NCBI GenBank assembly: GCA_951406725.2
Contig: OX597820.1
Coordinates: 77,500,001 to 77,564,000, forward strand
Reading direction: 5' to 3'
DNA length: 64,000 bases
From: Octopus vulgaris
Taxonomy: Eukaryota
Positions 40,009 to 54,689 of the stretch are shown here, in pieces. Under the pieces are notes generated by a model. It searched no databases, was not told the DNA's origin, and saw nothing but the letters and a program-made list of their open reading frames with translations. How positions within the stretch are numbered: position 1 is the first letter of the stretch; every line of letters begins with the position of its first letter. The position numbers and the translations under genes were made by a program.

Positions 40009-40133
40009 AAAGGACGTCACCAATTTGATGCGACCCTTTACTCTATATTGTTTTCTTCCTCCATCCTTGTCTAAATCACCGTTTCTACCTCCCACAGTCT
40101 CTCCCCTCTTTCTTTTCTCTGTTTGTCTGTCTG

Positions 40134-40186
<53 letters not shown>

Positions 40187-40589
40187 GCTTACACGTGATC
40201 ATCGACCATATTTCTTTTCCTCACATGACCATCTGTCTTTTCCTGCACGGACGTTTAAAAGAACGGATGTGTTTTTTCTCTCTCTTCTATCGTTTCTCTT
40301 TTCAAAAAATGTCTCTCACAACATTAAGTATTTTCCTCTCGTTCTGTTGTAACGACTCTCCATGTTTGTTTTCGTTCGGTTTCCTTATATATCTCCACTG
40401 TCCTTTTTTGTTTCCAGCTTCGACCCTCCATAAATCCAAAATTTTATTTCAAAATTTATGGGAGCAACTGTATATGAAGTCTCATATTGTTGTTGAATGC
40501 TCGAAATGTGGTGAATGCACGAGAAATGCTGCTAAGTATTTTGACTGATGTGCTTAAGTTTCTGCCAGTTCACTACTTTATTTACAGTT

Positions 40590-41625
40590 CAATATTAGTT
40601 TCAAATATTTGCACAAGGCTAGCGATTTCGGGGGTGGGGGGCACCGGCGATTACATCAACCCCAGTACATCAAGATAGCCGAAATACCGCTAAGCATCGA
40701 CTCCAGCATTCGCCTGGTACTTATTTTATCGACCTCCAAAAATAATGAAAGGCAAAATTGACTGCGGTGAATTTTGAACCCGGAATGTAACGACGGACGA
40801 ACTGCCGCTACGTAGTTTACCCAGAAAGCTAACGGTTCTGCCAGCTCGCTGCCTTTCTTCAAATTAACAATGCTTTATACTATTTTATCGATCCCAAATG
40901 ATGAAAGGCGAAGTCGACCGCTGGAATTTGAACACAGATTGTGAAGACGAGTAAAATACCTATTTCTTTACTGAGAACAAGGGGCTAAAACAGAGGGGGA
41001 AAACAAGGACAGACAAACGGATTAAGTCGATTACATCGACCCCAGTGCGTAGCTGGTACTTATTTAATCGACCCCGAAACGATGTAAGGCAAAGTCGACC
41101 TCGGCGGAATTAGTACTCAGAACGTAGCGGCAGACGAAATGCTTATTTCTTTACTACTCTAAAGGGGTTAAACACAGAGAGGACAAACAAGGACAGACAA
41201 ACGGATCAAGTCGATTATATCGACCCCAGTGCGTAACTGGTACTTAATTTAATCGACCCGAAAGGATGAAAGGCAAATTCGACCTCGCCGGAATGTGGAC
41301 TCAGAACGTAGCGGCAGACATAATAACGCTAAGCATTTCGCCCTGCGCGCTAACGATTCTGCCAGCTTGCCGCCTTTAAAGATAGACGAAATAACTATTT
41401 CTTTACTACCCACAAGAGGCTAAACACAGAGGGGACAAACAAGGACAGACAAACTGATTACGCCGGTTATATCGAATCGAGTGCGTAACTGGTACTTAAT
41501 TTATACCCCGAAAGGATGAAAGGCAAAGTCGACCTCGGCGGAATTTGAACTCAGAACGTAACGGCAGACAAAATACGGCTACGCATTTCGCCCGGCGTGA
41601 TAACGATTCTGCTAGCTCGCCGCCA
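40590..41625 (-). mobile_element. Cluster of SINE family B copies including an internally tandemised element
   Basis: Reverse complement of the 21797-22580 units (aaacaaggacagacaaacggattaagtcga..cccagtgcgta.ctggtactta..gaaaggcaaagtcgacctcggcggaatt). Confidence 0.88.
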
Positions 41626-42028
41626 TCGTCTTCAGTTTAACATTGAATTGTTTCCATAATTCGACGTCACAACATCAATGTGTGTGTGTGTGCGTGTGTG
41701 TGAGTGTGTGTGTGTGTGCCTGCACATAGAGGGACATTTAAAGGAAAAACAAATATTTGAAATGTAAAGATGAAGTATCCAACCATGTATTGTGTTAGAG
41801 ATGTCGCTTACATATCACATAATGCGTCACGATTTTGAAACCAGATTTCCCTTTCTTCTGTGAGCTGCCCCATTCAATTTTAGTAGACTCTTTGTATTCT
41901 ACGTTCGGCTTTGTTCTAACCTAACAAAAGTCTTCTATGATTATGCAAATAAAGAGACATTTGTAGTAGTTCCATTCACTAATACAACATTAAATTTCGA
42001 CTCGGGCAAATATCATATCTAAAGTTAA

Positions 42029-42168
42029 AATAATATAGCTTAAGAATGATGTCTTCTATATATATATATCTTGTCTCTGATTTCCTCCTCTTAGAAATGT
42101 CATTTCTATAAATCTAAATCAATGAGTGATAAATAGAGTAAACTCTATCACACGAATCGTAGCAAAAT

Positions 42169-42208
<40 letters not shown>

Positions 42209-42431
42209 TGATTTTACCCAATGTGGACAAGTTATAGAATCAGTTTTTTCCTGTTGCAAATCTTTCCCTAAGGTAAGACTGGAAATGTCTAGATTAAAAT
42301 ACGTATACGTGTGCGTATATATACATGGACGTATGTGTATATAGACACGCGTTTGTATTCATGCGAGATTATATGTATATTTGAATGACTGTATGGCAGT
42401 CATGTGATGAATTAATGAACGTGTGTGTGCC

Positions 42432-42469
<38 letters not shown>

Positions 42470-43726
42470 TGCGTGTGTGTGTCTCTTTAGTTAAAACAAT
42501 TTTGTGAAGTATTTTCATGAGATTATTATTCATAAATTTTGATGCTGGTTCATGTAGTGAAATGCATGCAAGGTAATAAATGCATGTTTATCTCTATCAG
42601 ATGATAGGTTTATTTAAAAATTTATTATTTAGTAATTAGGTTGGATTTTTCGGAAATGTGAGAAATTCGAATTGTATTGACCTCATTTTATATTTGTTAA
42701 AATTAAGAGACCAATTAAGTTTGAGTAACATTATAAAATGTAATGTGATTGTAAAATTATCCTTCAATTATCTCTTGAAATGTTTACACACTCAAAAACA
42801 TTAAAAAACAAGATGGATGTCAAAGATTGAACAAATAGAAAATAAAATTGATGCATGGGCAATAACCCTGAGAAGTGGAAGGCAGATGGGTAAGGAAAAG
42901 TGACTGGAAATTATTCAGAGGTATTAAAATACAGCGTTCAGGAAGAAGCTCTGAGAACTTGTTTCACCAAATTCGAAATAAGTAAGAGTAGTGATGTTTG
43001 GTAGCAGTTTCAAATATTACGAGTGAGTGTAGCAAATCGACTCAAAAAGAAGACAAAAGAAGCCATGATATAATAGCTAAGAATGTTTTACTGGAGTTTG
43101 TGTAGGAAGTAGTGTCTTGAGAGTACATGAAATGGTATGAGAATAAACCAGAAGGCATCAGCGAGAATACTGAGTATTCTGTGGGAATTTAGTATCCTGT
43201 GTCACTCAGTGACTGATACCGATGACCAGGCATGTGTGTAGTTTAGCAAAATCACTATATTTGGCATTGCCATGCCTGGAGATGTACGAGTGGATGACTA
43301 AGATGTAGAATAGATTGAAAAGTACAAGACACTAAGAATTGAAATTGCACGAATGTGGGCAGTGAAGGAAGTAACTGTCAGCCCTGTTGTTGCTGGGACA
43401 ATCAGATCTGAGAAAAATCCTTGAAGAAATATAGAACATGCTCAGAAAGCTGCTCTATTTTGATTTTGAGATAGTACTTGAACGTTGAGTATTCTTGCAA
43501 GAGACCTCGTGAGATCACTGCCCACCCTCATAGAATTATCCGGGGCAGGTGAAGTCAAGGGCTCTGAGAAGTAAAAAGAAAATAATAATAATAATATAGC
43601 TTAAGAATGATGTCTTCTATATATATATCTTGTCTCTGATTTCCTCCTCTTAGAAATGTCATTTCTATAAATCTAAATCTATGAGTGATAATAGATAAAC
43701 TCTATCACACGAAATCGTAGCAAAAT

Positions 43727-43775
<49 letters not shown>

Positions 43776-45135
43776 ATGATTTTACCCAATGTGGACAAGT
43801 TATAGAATCAGTTTTTCCTGTTGCAAATCTTTCCCTAAGGTAAGACTGGAAATGTCTAGATTAAAATACGTATGCGTGTGTGTGTATATATACATGGACG
43901 TATGTGTATATAGACACGCGTTTCTGTTCATTCGTGATTATATGTATATTTGAATGACTATATGGCAGTCATGTGATGAATTAATAAACGTGTGTGTGTC
44001 TGTGTCTGTGTGTGTGTGCGTGTTTGTGTGTCTTTAGTTAAAACAATTTTGTGAAGTATTTTCATGAGATTATTATTCATAAATTTTGATGCTGGTTCAT
44101 GTAGGGAAATGCATGCAAGGTAATATATGCATGTTTATCTCTATCAGATGATAGGTTTATTTAAAAATTTATTATTTAGTAATTAGGTTGGATTTTTCGG
44201 AAATGTGAGAAATTCGAATTGTATTGACCTCATTTTATATTTGTTGAAATTAAGAGACCAATTAAGTTTTAGTAACATTATAAAATGTTATGTGATTGTA
44301 AAATTATCCTTCAATTATCTCTTGAAATGTTTACACACTCAAAAACATTAAAAAACAAGATGGATGTCAAAGATTGGACAAATAGAAAATAAAACTGATG
44401 CATGGGCAATAACCCTGAGTAGTGGAAGGCAGATGGGTAAGGAAAAGTGATTGGAAATTATTCAGAGGTATTAAAATACAGCGTTCAGGAAGAAGCTCTG
44501 AGAACTTGTTTCACCAAATTCGAAATAAGTAAGAGTAGTGATGTTTGGTAGCAGTTTCAAATATTACGAGTGAGTGTAGCAAATCGACTCAAAAAGAAGA
44601 CAAAAGAAGCCATAATATTATAGCTAAGAATGTTTTACTGGAGTTTGTGTAGGAAGTAGTGTCTTGAGAGGACATGAAATGGTATGAGCATAAACCAGAA
44701 GGCATCAGCGAGAATACTGAGTATTCTGTGGGATTTTAGTACCCTGTGTCACTCAGTGACTGATGCCGATGACCAGGCATGTGTGTAGTTGAGCAAAATC
44801 ACTATTTTTGGCATTGCCATGCCTGGAGATGTACGAGTGGATGACTAAGATGTAGAATAGATTGAAAAGTACAAGACACTAAGAATTGAAATTGCACGAA
44901 TGTGGGCAGTGAAGGAAGTAACTGTCAGCCCTGTTGTTGCTGGGACAATCAGATCTGAGAAAATTCCTTGAAGAAATGTAGAACATGCTCAGAAAGCTGT
45001 TCTATTTTGATTTTGAGATAGTACTTGAACGTTGAGTATTCTTGCAAGAGACCTCGTGAGATCACTGCCCACCCCCATAGAATTATCCGGGGCAAGTGAA
45101 GTCAAGGGCTCTGAGAAGTAAAAAGAAAATAATAA
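42029..45135 (+). repeat. Tandem duplication of a ~1.56-kb unit (42029-43589 and 43590-~45135)
   Basis: Both units start aataatatagcttaagaatgatgtc and end gctctgagaagtaaaaagaaaataataat. They are near-identical apart from scattered substitutions and microsatellite length. Confidence 0.95.
42840..43590 (+). mobile_element. R4/Dong-clade 3' fragment (duplicated at 44385-45300)
   Basis: MHGQ, VQEEALRT, WYENKP, IAMPGDVRV..IEKYKTLRIEIARMWAVKEVTVSPVV; (AAT)n tail. Confidence 0.78.
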
Positions 45136-45142
45136 TAATAAT

Positions 45143-45177
<35 letters not shown>

Positions 45178-45230
45178 TAACAATAACAATAATAATAATA
45201 ATAACAACAGCAATAATAAAACTAATAATG

Positions 45231-45305
<75 letters not shown>

Positions 45306-46109
45306 CGTCATTGTGAACGGCGGGAGACACAACGGTGTCTTGTATAATTACTGTACATACATTGCGGCAGATTCGAATGGGATGAAATTAGATGTTATTG
45401 TATTACGCTACATGAGAAATCCTCTCCAATATGACGAATGCGGGTTCATACCACACTCGATTCATTAGCGCAAGAGGCTTTGGGACGTTCAATGTTTTGG
45501 GACGTGCAATGTCATCATTGTTTCTCGGCAGTTAGAACTTCTGGACTAATGCATCTTACAACTATTCGAAGCTATCGCCAAAGAAGCCATCGGGTTTCAA
45601 TCAGACCTGTGGAATACTAGGGTGCTAAATACAAGTCGTACGCACTAAAGAGAGACGGATTAATGTTGCAAAGACTCGGGAAAACCGTTTGACGCGAAAA
45701 AACGTTTGTCAAAACAGTTTTAAAATGCTCACGGCTACGAACTGTTTGGTTCTTAGGAGAATAAACTTCGATTAAAACCGAACATAAGATGGTTACATGT
45801 AGATTCTTCTGATGTCACCAAAGTGACGTACATTAAGATTCCTTAAAGTGTGTTTGTTTCAGGAATCTTGTTCTATTAAATTTCAATGATGCCTATATAT
45901 GCTGCTTGCACCCGGAATATATGAATATGCATATATTTGTGGATACCATAAATACATTTGTTCCAGTTTAATCAATAGTGGCAAAGATTAGTTACATATA
46001 CTTCGTAGGAGTTACTAGGATTATCTTTGCTACAGTGAAATACCAAAATCATAACAATTTCTGTATTTTCAGAGACTAGTCTATAAGATGCCATCTGTTA
46101 TGTATTGCT

Positions 46110-48138
46110 GCCTGTTTTTATTAAATTTCCTTACTAACTTTGAACTCCATACCTTTCTCAATTTATGGCATGCCCTCCAGGCAAGAGATTTTGTTGCTAT
46201 GATGTCTTTTTCAGTACTTTGTGTCCACGCACCAAGGTATTTGGAATTTTCAGCTATCTTGAGCAATTTACCATCTCTCACTTTCTCTGACACAGGCGTT
46301 TCCTGATTGAATACTTGCAGCTCTGGTTACTTTGCGTTACAGTACAATCCGACCTTCCCTGATATCTGCTCTAATTTGCTCAGCACCTCCTCTGCCTGAT
46401 CTGTCCTCTCCCGCTAGAAATGCCAGGTCATCAGCATAGTCTACGTCAGTCACTGTTACTGATTGATGCCGTCTAGGACTTTGCCTATGCAATTTGAATC
46501 TCCACTCTTTTCCTTGCTCTTGTACGTTCTACGCATTAGATAGTCCAGAACAATAGCGAATAGATAAGGTGCTAGCGTGTCGCCATGTAATACTCCGACT
46601 TTGATTTCAAAGTATTCCGTCTCTCCATCAGAAGTGATTGCATTCGCTCTGGTATTCCCATACACCTTACTTATTATTCTCAGAATTCTTGGTGGAATAT
46701 CATATGCTTTAAGTATCATCACCATTCCTCTTTGTACTGAATCAAAAACCCTTTTAAAGTCTACATAGATAATGATAGCTTTCGTGTTATGGCCCTTAAC
46801 TCCCCCTATCAGTCTTCTAAGTGCAACAATGTGAGATGTTGTTGCTTGTCCTGGATCTGAATCCATTTTGATTTGGTCGCAATTGTTTGTCTATCTTAGG
46901 TTGTATTCGGTTAAGTATCACCATGTTGACCATTTTGCGACAATGGATGAGAGACCAACCCCTCTGTAATTCCCAGCATCACTTATGTCTCCAGTTTTGA
47001 GCAGCGGTAACAAGTCTCTCTTTGACCGGTGTTCTGGCTTCACATTGTCATTTAGTAGTTTGTTTACACATCTTTTTAGTACTTCTGGTGAGATGTTTTC
47101 AGGACCAGTTTGTTTTCCTTCTTTCAGGTTACCTATAGCTCTTTGTATTTCTTGTTTTGTGAAGTCTCTACCCTCGATTTTCAAACCGTGAAGTATCTTT
47201 GCTAATTCCTTTATTATTTCACTGTCAACTTCAACTTCTGGATCCTTCTCAAGGAAGTTGTAGAAATGAGTATACCACTTCTTGATTCACTCGTCCTTTG
47301 ATTTCCCTTTGATGATTCCCTGCTTTGCAGCTTTGCGACAGGTGGAGTTAATCAATCTCCAACTTTCTTCGTGCTTACTCATTGTGTCTGCATTTTCGAC
47401 CTGGGAGATCATTTCATACAGTTCTTCTTCTTGAATCTCTTTGTATACCTGTTATAGACCCTCTTTCTTTGTAAATTTGTTTAGTATCGTTGTTGGCAGC
47501 TTTTTGATAGTTTCTGAATGTGTCTTCTACTTCACTGCCTGCTTTTTCTACCCTAGGATCATCAGCTTTCTTCGATTCATCCTCTTCCTTGTCGGTATCA
47601 GTTTTACTGCCGCTTCTACATTTGATTGCACAAAGTTCCCATATTGCTCTATAATAGCATCCTTGTTGTTGGATAGTTCGGCAAATCTGTTACGCACTGT
47701 AACCATACAAAGCTGTTGAAGTTCTGTATTTCGCAATGCAGACATATCGTAGCCTTTTTTTTTTTTTTTCTTGTAGGAGTTTTACTTGTACGTAGACTAA
47801 GACGTAGTTCGGCTGTTTCTAAGAGATGGTTCCCCCGCCTAAGCTGCTAAAGCTGTTATATGCTTCTAGATTGTATACAGAATCCTTCCATTTCTTATTA
47901 ATCAGTATGTAATCAGTTTGCGACTTGCTACCATTCATCTTGAAGATAAATATCCATTGATTTCCTTTCTTTTTTTCGAACGGAGTGATGCGAAGATTAC
48001 ATTCCGCTCCATGGTCCAGAAGAAACTGGCCATTCTTGTTGATCTCCTTTTGGAATGTATGGCTAACAGCAACATCGGCCAAATGAGAATTAAAAACATC
48101 GCATTCTATGGAAAACTGTTGTTCTGGTATTTCAATGA
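46110..48138 (-). mobile_element. Decayed RTE-group LINE (APE C-terminus through RT)
   Basis: NKNGQFLLDH..NL, SQTDYILINKKWKDSV, LKTGDISDAGNYRGVGLSSIVAK, YVDFKRVFDSV, GVLHGDTLAPYLF, DYADDLAF, KYLGAW, AWRACHKLRKVWSSKL. Confidence 0.88.
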
Positions 48139-48535
48139 CGACATATGTTTCTGGTAACAGTGGAGTATTTTCTTCTATACGGCGCTGAAACATGGACGCT
48201 CACTAGAGCATTTAAGAAGCAGTTGGACGGTTGTTATTGTAAGAATACTTAGAATGGCACTCATACAACAATATACCAGAGACTACCAAAAGTAACATTG
48301 AAGATACAGCCTAGAAGGATGAGGCTAGCTGGACACTGCATCTGACACATCGATGAAATTGGAACCAACGGAAGGAAGAACCCGGAGAGGAAGGAGGAAG
48401 ACGACCTATATCGACAACTTGCTGAAGGATACCGGAATAGTAGGGGTACAGGAGCTAAGGGCCATTATGGAAGATTGAGATGAATAGAGAAATCGTGTGG
48501 AAGCAGTCCTGGGTGTCTTGTGGAACAACCTGGAT
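48139..48535 (+). mobile_element. C-terminal RTE-group fragment in the opposite orientation
   Basis: RHMFLVTVEYFLLYGAETWTLTRAFKKQLDGCY, RMAL, LPKVTLKIQPRRMRLAGHCI, RGRRKTTYIDNLLKDTG. Confidence 0.8.
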
Positions 48536-49388
48536 AGAGAGATCTTATTAATTTTATATTAAATTGTTTCCTACACAGATATATTTTGTGAAGTTCCTAT
48601 ACATATCATTAGTGTTGATTTGATATACGTATGTTGAGCTATACAGTGTTATGATAGAAAGTCCAAGAAAACAGGCGGTGTCTTGAAACTCAGAATTTAT
48701 AACTTTTATTTTGGGACATTAGAATCGACAGTGGACACTAGCAGTTTTTTTAATTCATATTTGGGTTTCTAATTTGGCTTCCTAATTGTAAATAATTAAT
48801 CCTAGATTATCTTCTAAGTAACACGTTTTCAAATTAGTTCTAAAAGTAACTTGACAATATATTCACCTATTCTGTAGTCAGTGTCCAAGTTCATTTATGC
48901 ATTATATATATGTACACACTCACACACGCACTGACACTATGTGTGTGTGTGTATGTGTGTGTGGGTGGGTGCGTGTATGTGTGATGTATTTGTTACACTA
49001 TGTTTGAGTCTGTATGCTCCTACGTTTTGCTTGATATATTTATCAGATTAGTGCTTTTGGCAACAACTTTTATTTCGTATATTTATTTATCTAATCCCTC
49101 GCATATTAAAATGAATATAAAGGTTCTAATGAAGCTGTATATAAATGAAATGCTGTTTCACTGTCGACACTGACCTCCTTCATAAATACTTAAACATGTA
49201 ACTGCGTTAAATGTTAAATACTTGAATATTTGCCAGTTAGTAAAGCAGATGTATGGAATATGGATACTGAAAATGTATTTTCTCCGACGAAATTTCAAAC
49301 AACGACTAAGAATATATAAGTAATAATGAAAAAAACTAAATGTATATGTGTGTGTATGTGTATTTGACTAGGTATGTGTGTGTGTGTG

Positions 49389-49487
<99 letters not shown>

Positions 49488-50201
49488 GTAGGTAGATAGA
49501 TATATAGATAAATAAATCTGTTTTTATGTTCAATTAAATAACACAATTCTGCATTAATCTGACGGTTTACTCTATACTTTGGTAGAGTACAAATTTATTA
49601 TTCTTATACAACAATAAGCATGTTGAAGAATAATATTTGTGTGTGTGTGTGTGTGTATGTGTGTGTGTGAAATATGTATGCGTATACACAATTATATATA
49701 TATATATATATATATGTATAATCATATAACTATTTTTAGATTTAGATTTATATAAAATACCCAGAAAGCTACCCCTTAACCCTACACTTTGAAAAACGAT
49801 CTAAAAATATAAAGATATCAATTCCTCTAATACAACCAATTCTTTCCTGATGGAGCTCTCCAAGTTTATATTTACCATAAGTAATTCTTCACATCTACAT
49901 GTCTTCTCGGTTAAAACTGGGTATCTCTACACCCTGCCGGTTAAGACATATACCAAACTCGGACTACAGAATAGACTTTAACCATTCACACGTAACAATG
50001 TGTTGTTTTATATATATATATATAATAACACATTGCTTCTCTGTGGCTGTTACTTCCTTCTATATGGAGCTTTCCTTCCCTTTACTTTCTGGCGAAACGC
50101 TGCGCCCCCACATTTTCCATCATAAAATTTCTGTGAATGTCAATCTAATATAATCATTGTGTATGTCCGCTTGACTTTTGTCTCTGTTTTTCCTGCTTTT
50201 C

Positions 50202-50248
<47 letters not shown>

Positions 50249-51907
50249 TTTTATATAATAATGCATCACTATTCTTACTTGTAATGTTCATCGGTTTGAA
50301 GATGCATTATTGTTCCGAAAATGGATGATTTTACAAGCGAGATTTCGTGGTTGACATGCTTGTGTAAGTGCGGTAAAAATAATTTTTAATCAAAGTTTTT
50401 CGAAATACTTCACTAGACGCATTTTGATACATGAACATAGAATTAAGTGCGTTTTGTTTCGTCTACTTAAGAGCCTGGATTGAAAGGAAAGTTCAAGAAA
50501 CTACAAAAGTTACTTTGCGAGTTGAAGACATGAATCTTATAATAAATTTTGGTTTTGTAATGTTATCGAAACTTCTAATGGAAGTGCAAATATATAAAGA
50601 CCTCCCATCTACCTGCTTCTATACAGTTCAAACAAACAAGCCCCCCCCCCCCCCATATTATCGAAGAGACAAGTATAGTTCATTTCCATAACAAAGACTA
50701 TTAAAAGTCGTTCTTCTTTACTGATTTTTCAATGACCGATACTGTTCTTTTAATTGCTGTTGCGATACCATGTTTTGATGCTAAATTTTGACTAATATTA
50801 TACACAGATCTTTTCACTGCTAAACCCTAGAGACGTATGGCGATATTGTATTGTTATTTTGATGGGTTCCCTATTATGACACCTAGCTTCAAATTCATAT
50901 GTTGGCAACTGAATTGGTAGTCCTAAACCCGACAAATAATGTTTATGGCCGTGTAATCAATAATGTTGAAATACCAATTAATTAGCTTGAATGCACATCA
51001 ATAACATCTGTCATTTGTTACAAAATAAAACTGATAATCGAAAGATAAACATGAATTGTTCTTGAAATACCAACTTCTGAAGAAATCATAATGGTTTGTT
51101 GAACGCAGGCGAAATGCCAAAGAGGCAGATCTACCCAAGAAATTAAAAGCTATACGAAACTGAAGGCAGTATTGTTAATTGAAAATAAAAGTCTTGCAAC
51201 TGGAACTACAATGCATCAGGTACGGGTTTCTATTCAGTGATAAGTCCTATTTCGTGTGAAGTGAGCAATATTTCTATTTGTTTGTTCTAAAGTGTAAGAA
51301 AGCACCAGACAGATATAATACTTCTTTGCTCTAAATCACTGCAAGTCTCCACAGAAAAACTTGCCCTGATTCAGAAAAAAAAAAACATAAACAACTATTT
51401 CACTAACAATGCAACTCGCAGAGACGGAACTTCCAATTTACATTAATGTGCTTTCTTGGGATTAGGATGATAGTTGCCGCTAATTCTTCTGTTAGCGCTT
51501 TCTAAAGATTGAAAAGAAAAAAAACACATATCAGTTTTCGGTTTGTTTTCTTTGTAGAGTTTATTAAAGAGTGGAAAAATCAGCATTCATTTAGTCTAGG
51601 AAAATGGTAAACGAAACAAGAAATAAAAATCCGTGATTCACTGCTTGTACTCAGATTAGAGATGTAGACTGCATCATCCAAAAACAATACACACTGCACT
51701 AAAGAGTAGTTCTTAGCGTTCGACAGCGTTTCGTGTGTCTACCCAATACTTATCGCCATGCTTGTATTGATTCGGAACTAATTCTCTCCCGCGCGCCAAA
51801 CAATGAAGAGAGGACCAAGTGGAGATTTTAACTGTACGATCATTCACTTGAATATCAACTACGTTACTCTACGAACACTCGGGTGTATATGTTGTGTTTA
51901 GACATTG

Positions 51908-51953
<46 letters not shown>

Positions 51954-53409
51954 GTGCATATAAGATGGAAAAAGTTACGGAAAAAAGGTTATCGGGGATT
52001 GCACTAAATGGATTACGTTGATAAGATTTCAAACTTGATAACCTTCTTGTAAACTTTATTGAAAAGTATACACATTTTACACAATTGATATTATTGACTA
52101 TTGTGATCTATACAATCTGCATAATAGATGTAATCAGCTATAACATTGTCTTGATCCAGAACAATGATATATAGAATAATACTGGAAATTATTTCACAAA
52201 ATTACAATATATTTTAAATTCATATTAGACGAAGGTTCCCCATAACTTTGGGAATATGTTTCATTTATTCTCATTATTCCTGAGGGAACAGAGAATTATT
52301 GAAATGCTATGAATAGTTAATAGATTCTCCATGTCTCCAGTAACAATTGTAAGCCACAACTGTTTCAGTTTTGCTAATGTTTATGCTTAATAATTGTATA
52401 CATCAGGAAAAAAAATAAGACCTAAGATACACAGAATATATTGAATAAGTAATGACATGAAAAGGCATAAATTTGGAAGAACATATTCAATATAATCGAT
52501 TTCCTGAATTAAATTTATTTCCTCGCTTCGTAGTTGATTGTTTAGAAATCAGAATATAGAAGAACCAAACAATACCAATCATTTTTGCCCGAACTTTTAT
52601 TGTTTCTACGAGACCACTGCCTTCGAAACCCAAAGAAATATTCCAATATCAATTTGTAAATGGGCACTGCATATGTTATATTCATTGTTACTGTTTAGTC
52701 CGATGTGAATTTCATACAATGTTTGTGTGACGAAGGGCTTCTCAGCAAAGATTTGTGTGTTCTTTTGTACAAAGATTTATCCAATATTGTCTTCCATTTA
52801 TAAGCCTATAGTTGACCATTTAAAAGAGATTCAGATGTGAACTCTTGCGAAATTTCGTGATGCGATGAGACGCTCTCTTTCCATTTAGTTTTGATTCATA
52901 TTTTTCTCAAATAAAAATATCCCCAAGATTACCACACAATACATTTAACTCAGGTGATGCTCAGCCAAATGAACCCGGAACCATGATCTTTTTCTCTTTT
53001 TCTTGTTGTTGAAAACTTACTAATTCCCAACGTTCTACACAGCTATAGCAGAATACAGTTACTTAAATTAACGCTAGACCTGGAGAGCTCTATTGAATAC
53101 GAAACGATGGAGGATAAAGTCGAATGACCTCATTGTGCCATATCGTTAAAAATAGATATCTCAAAGTAGATTTTTAATCTCGCTACAGATGACATCGGAT
53201 TTGGCAATAGAGCGGTGTTATAAAGGTCATTTTTAACATTTGCTATTGCACGTAAATACCGAAATCCAGTTTTACAACCAAGAAACCATCTTTTTCATAC
53301 CTCACTACTAGTACTATTTAAAAATACGGATTGGCCGTTAATGGAAGTTTAACACTAGAATTATTGAACTTAATGTTCATCCCAGCTGTTATTTTACCCA
53401 TTGTGTGTA

Positions 53410-53620
53410 AGGCGGCGAGCTGGCAGAAAGGTTAGCACGCCGGGCGAAATGCTTAGCAGTATTTCGTCTGCTGCTACGTTCTGAGTTCAAATTCCGCCGA
53501 GGTCGACTTTGCCTTTCATCCCTTCGGCGTCGATAAATTAAGTACCATTGAAAGACTGGGGTCGATATAATCGGCTAACCCCCTCCCTGTTTCAGGTCTT
53601 GTGCCTATTGTAGAAAGTAT
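53410..53620 (+). mobile_element. SINE family B monomer, well preserved
   Basis: aggcggcgagctggcagaa..gagttcaaattccgccgaggtcgactttgcctttcatcc..gtcgataaattaagtacc..cttgtgccta..gtagaaa. Confidence 0.9.
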
Positions 53621-54689
53621 TATACACATTGTGTTACCAACTAAATTAAACAACGTACTATTTTTGAAGTTTGTGAGAATTGGGTTTTCAAAGATTGTGC
53701 TTGCTATATATAACAAGCCGACGTATTGCACTCTCGTAGATATTTCAGTGGTAGATATATAAAATATAATTCACACATTTTATCACAAATTCTTTGATAT
53801 CCAAATACAAATATGTAAACAAATATAAATATGAATTCATGGCTCTGAAATCTTCTAAGAGTATGAATATGTATTCGATTGAACTAATATAAAACTTTAT
53901 GTATCATCAAAAATAGAAAATGCAGCTACACTTTTCTTTGCATTCTAAATAGTGTTCAAAGTTAGCATCCTTTGATATATTTCAACAAAACTAATAACAT
54001 TTGTCACAGGTTGATATTTTTGTATAAATCTGACTTACTCCGAGAGTGGCTCTAATAGAAATGTTTTAAAATAGTAAGTTCCACACATTTTCTGTGGTGA
54101 GGAGGCATGGCTAATACTGCCTTCGTAATTGATTGTTCCATTCATCATTCCGTTTTGATGAATATATGACAGTCAGGTTCCGAGTGAAATTAAGCTGTTC
54201 TACAAAGTTTGAACCCAAATTGATAATAAATTAATATAAAGACCCTTGCCTTTTATTTTATGCTGTGTTTTAATCCTTGATGAATGTTTTTTTTATCTCA
54301 CTGTGTGGAGAAATGAAATTAAAATAATACTCTGGAATTGATATTATAGACTAAACAATTCCGCTAAAATTATATATCCGTCATTATATAGTACGATATC
54401 CCTACGTATTTAATGAAAACTATAGAAGCGAAACCGAAACAGGTCACATGAATATTATACATATATATCTATATACGTGTGTGTGAGCTTGAGTATATGT
54501 GCTTGTGTGTGTGCTTGGAATCTATGTACATTATCGTAATAGAACGAAACTTACATTCGCAAAGATTTCCACCATAAAAACAGAGATGCGTCCGAATGGA
54601 ATATTTTCGAAAAATGTTTACGCATCAAAATATCTGTGTTAAACAAGTACCTTGCTTTGTTAACTCATAGATATTTATATAAAATGCAC

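Noticed and set aside
50058-50108. gcgaaacgctgcg half-motif (similar partial motifs near 3800-3830, 12000-12035, 16935-16995 and 51720-51755)
   Set aside because: No intact CUGANGA core or helix I.
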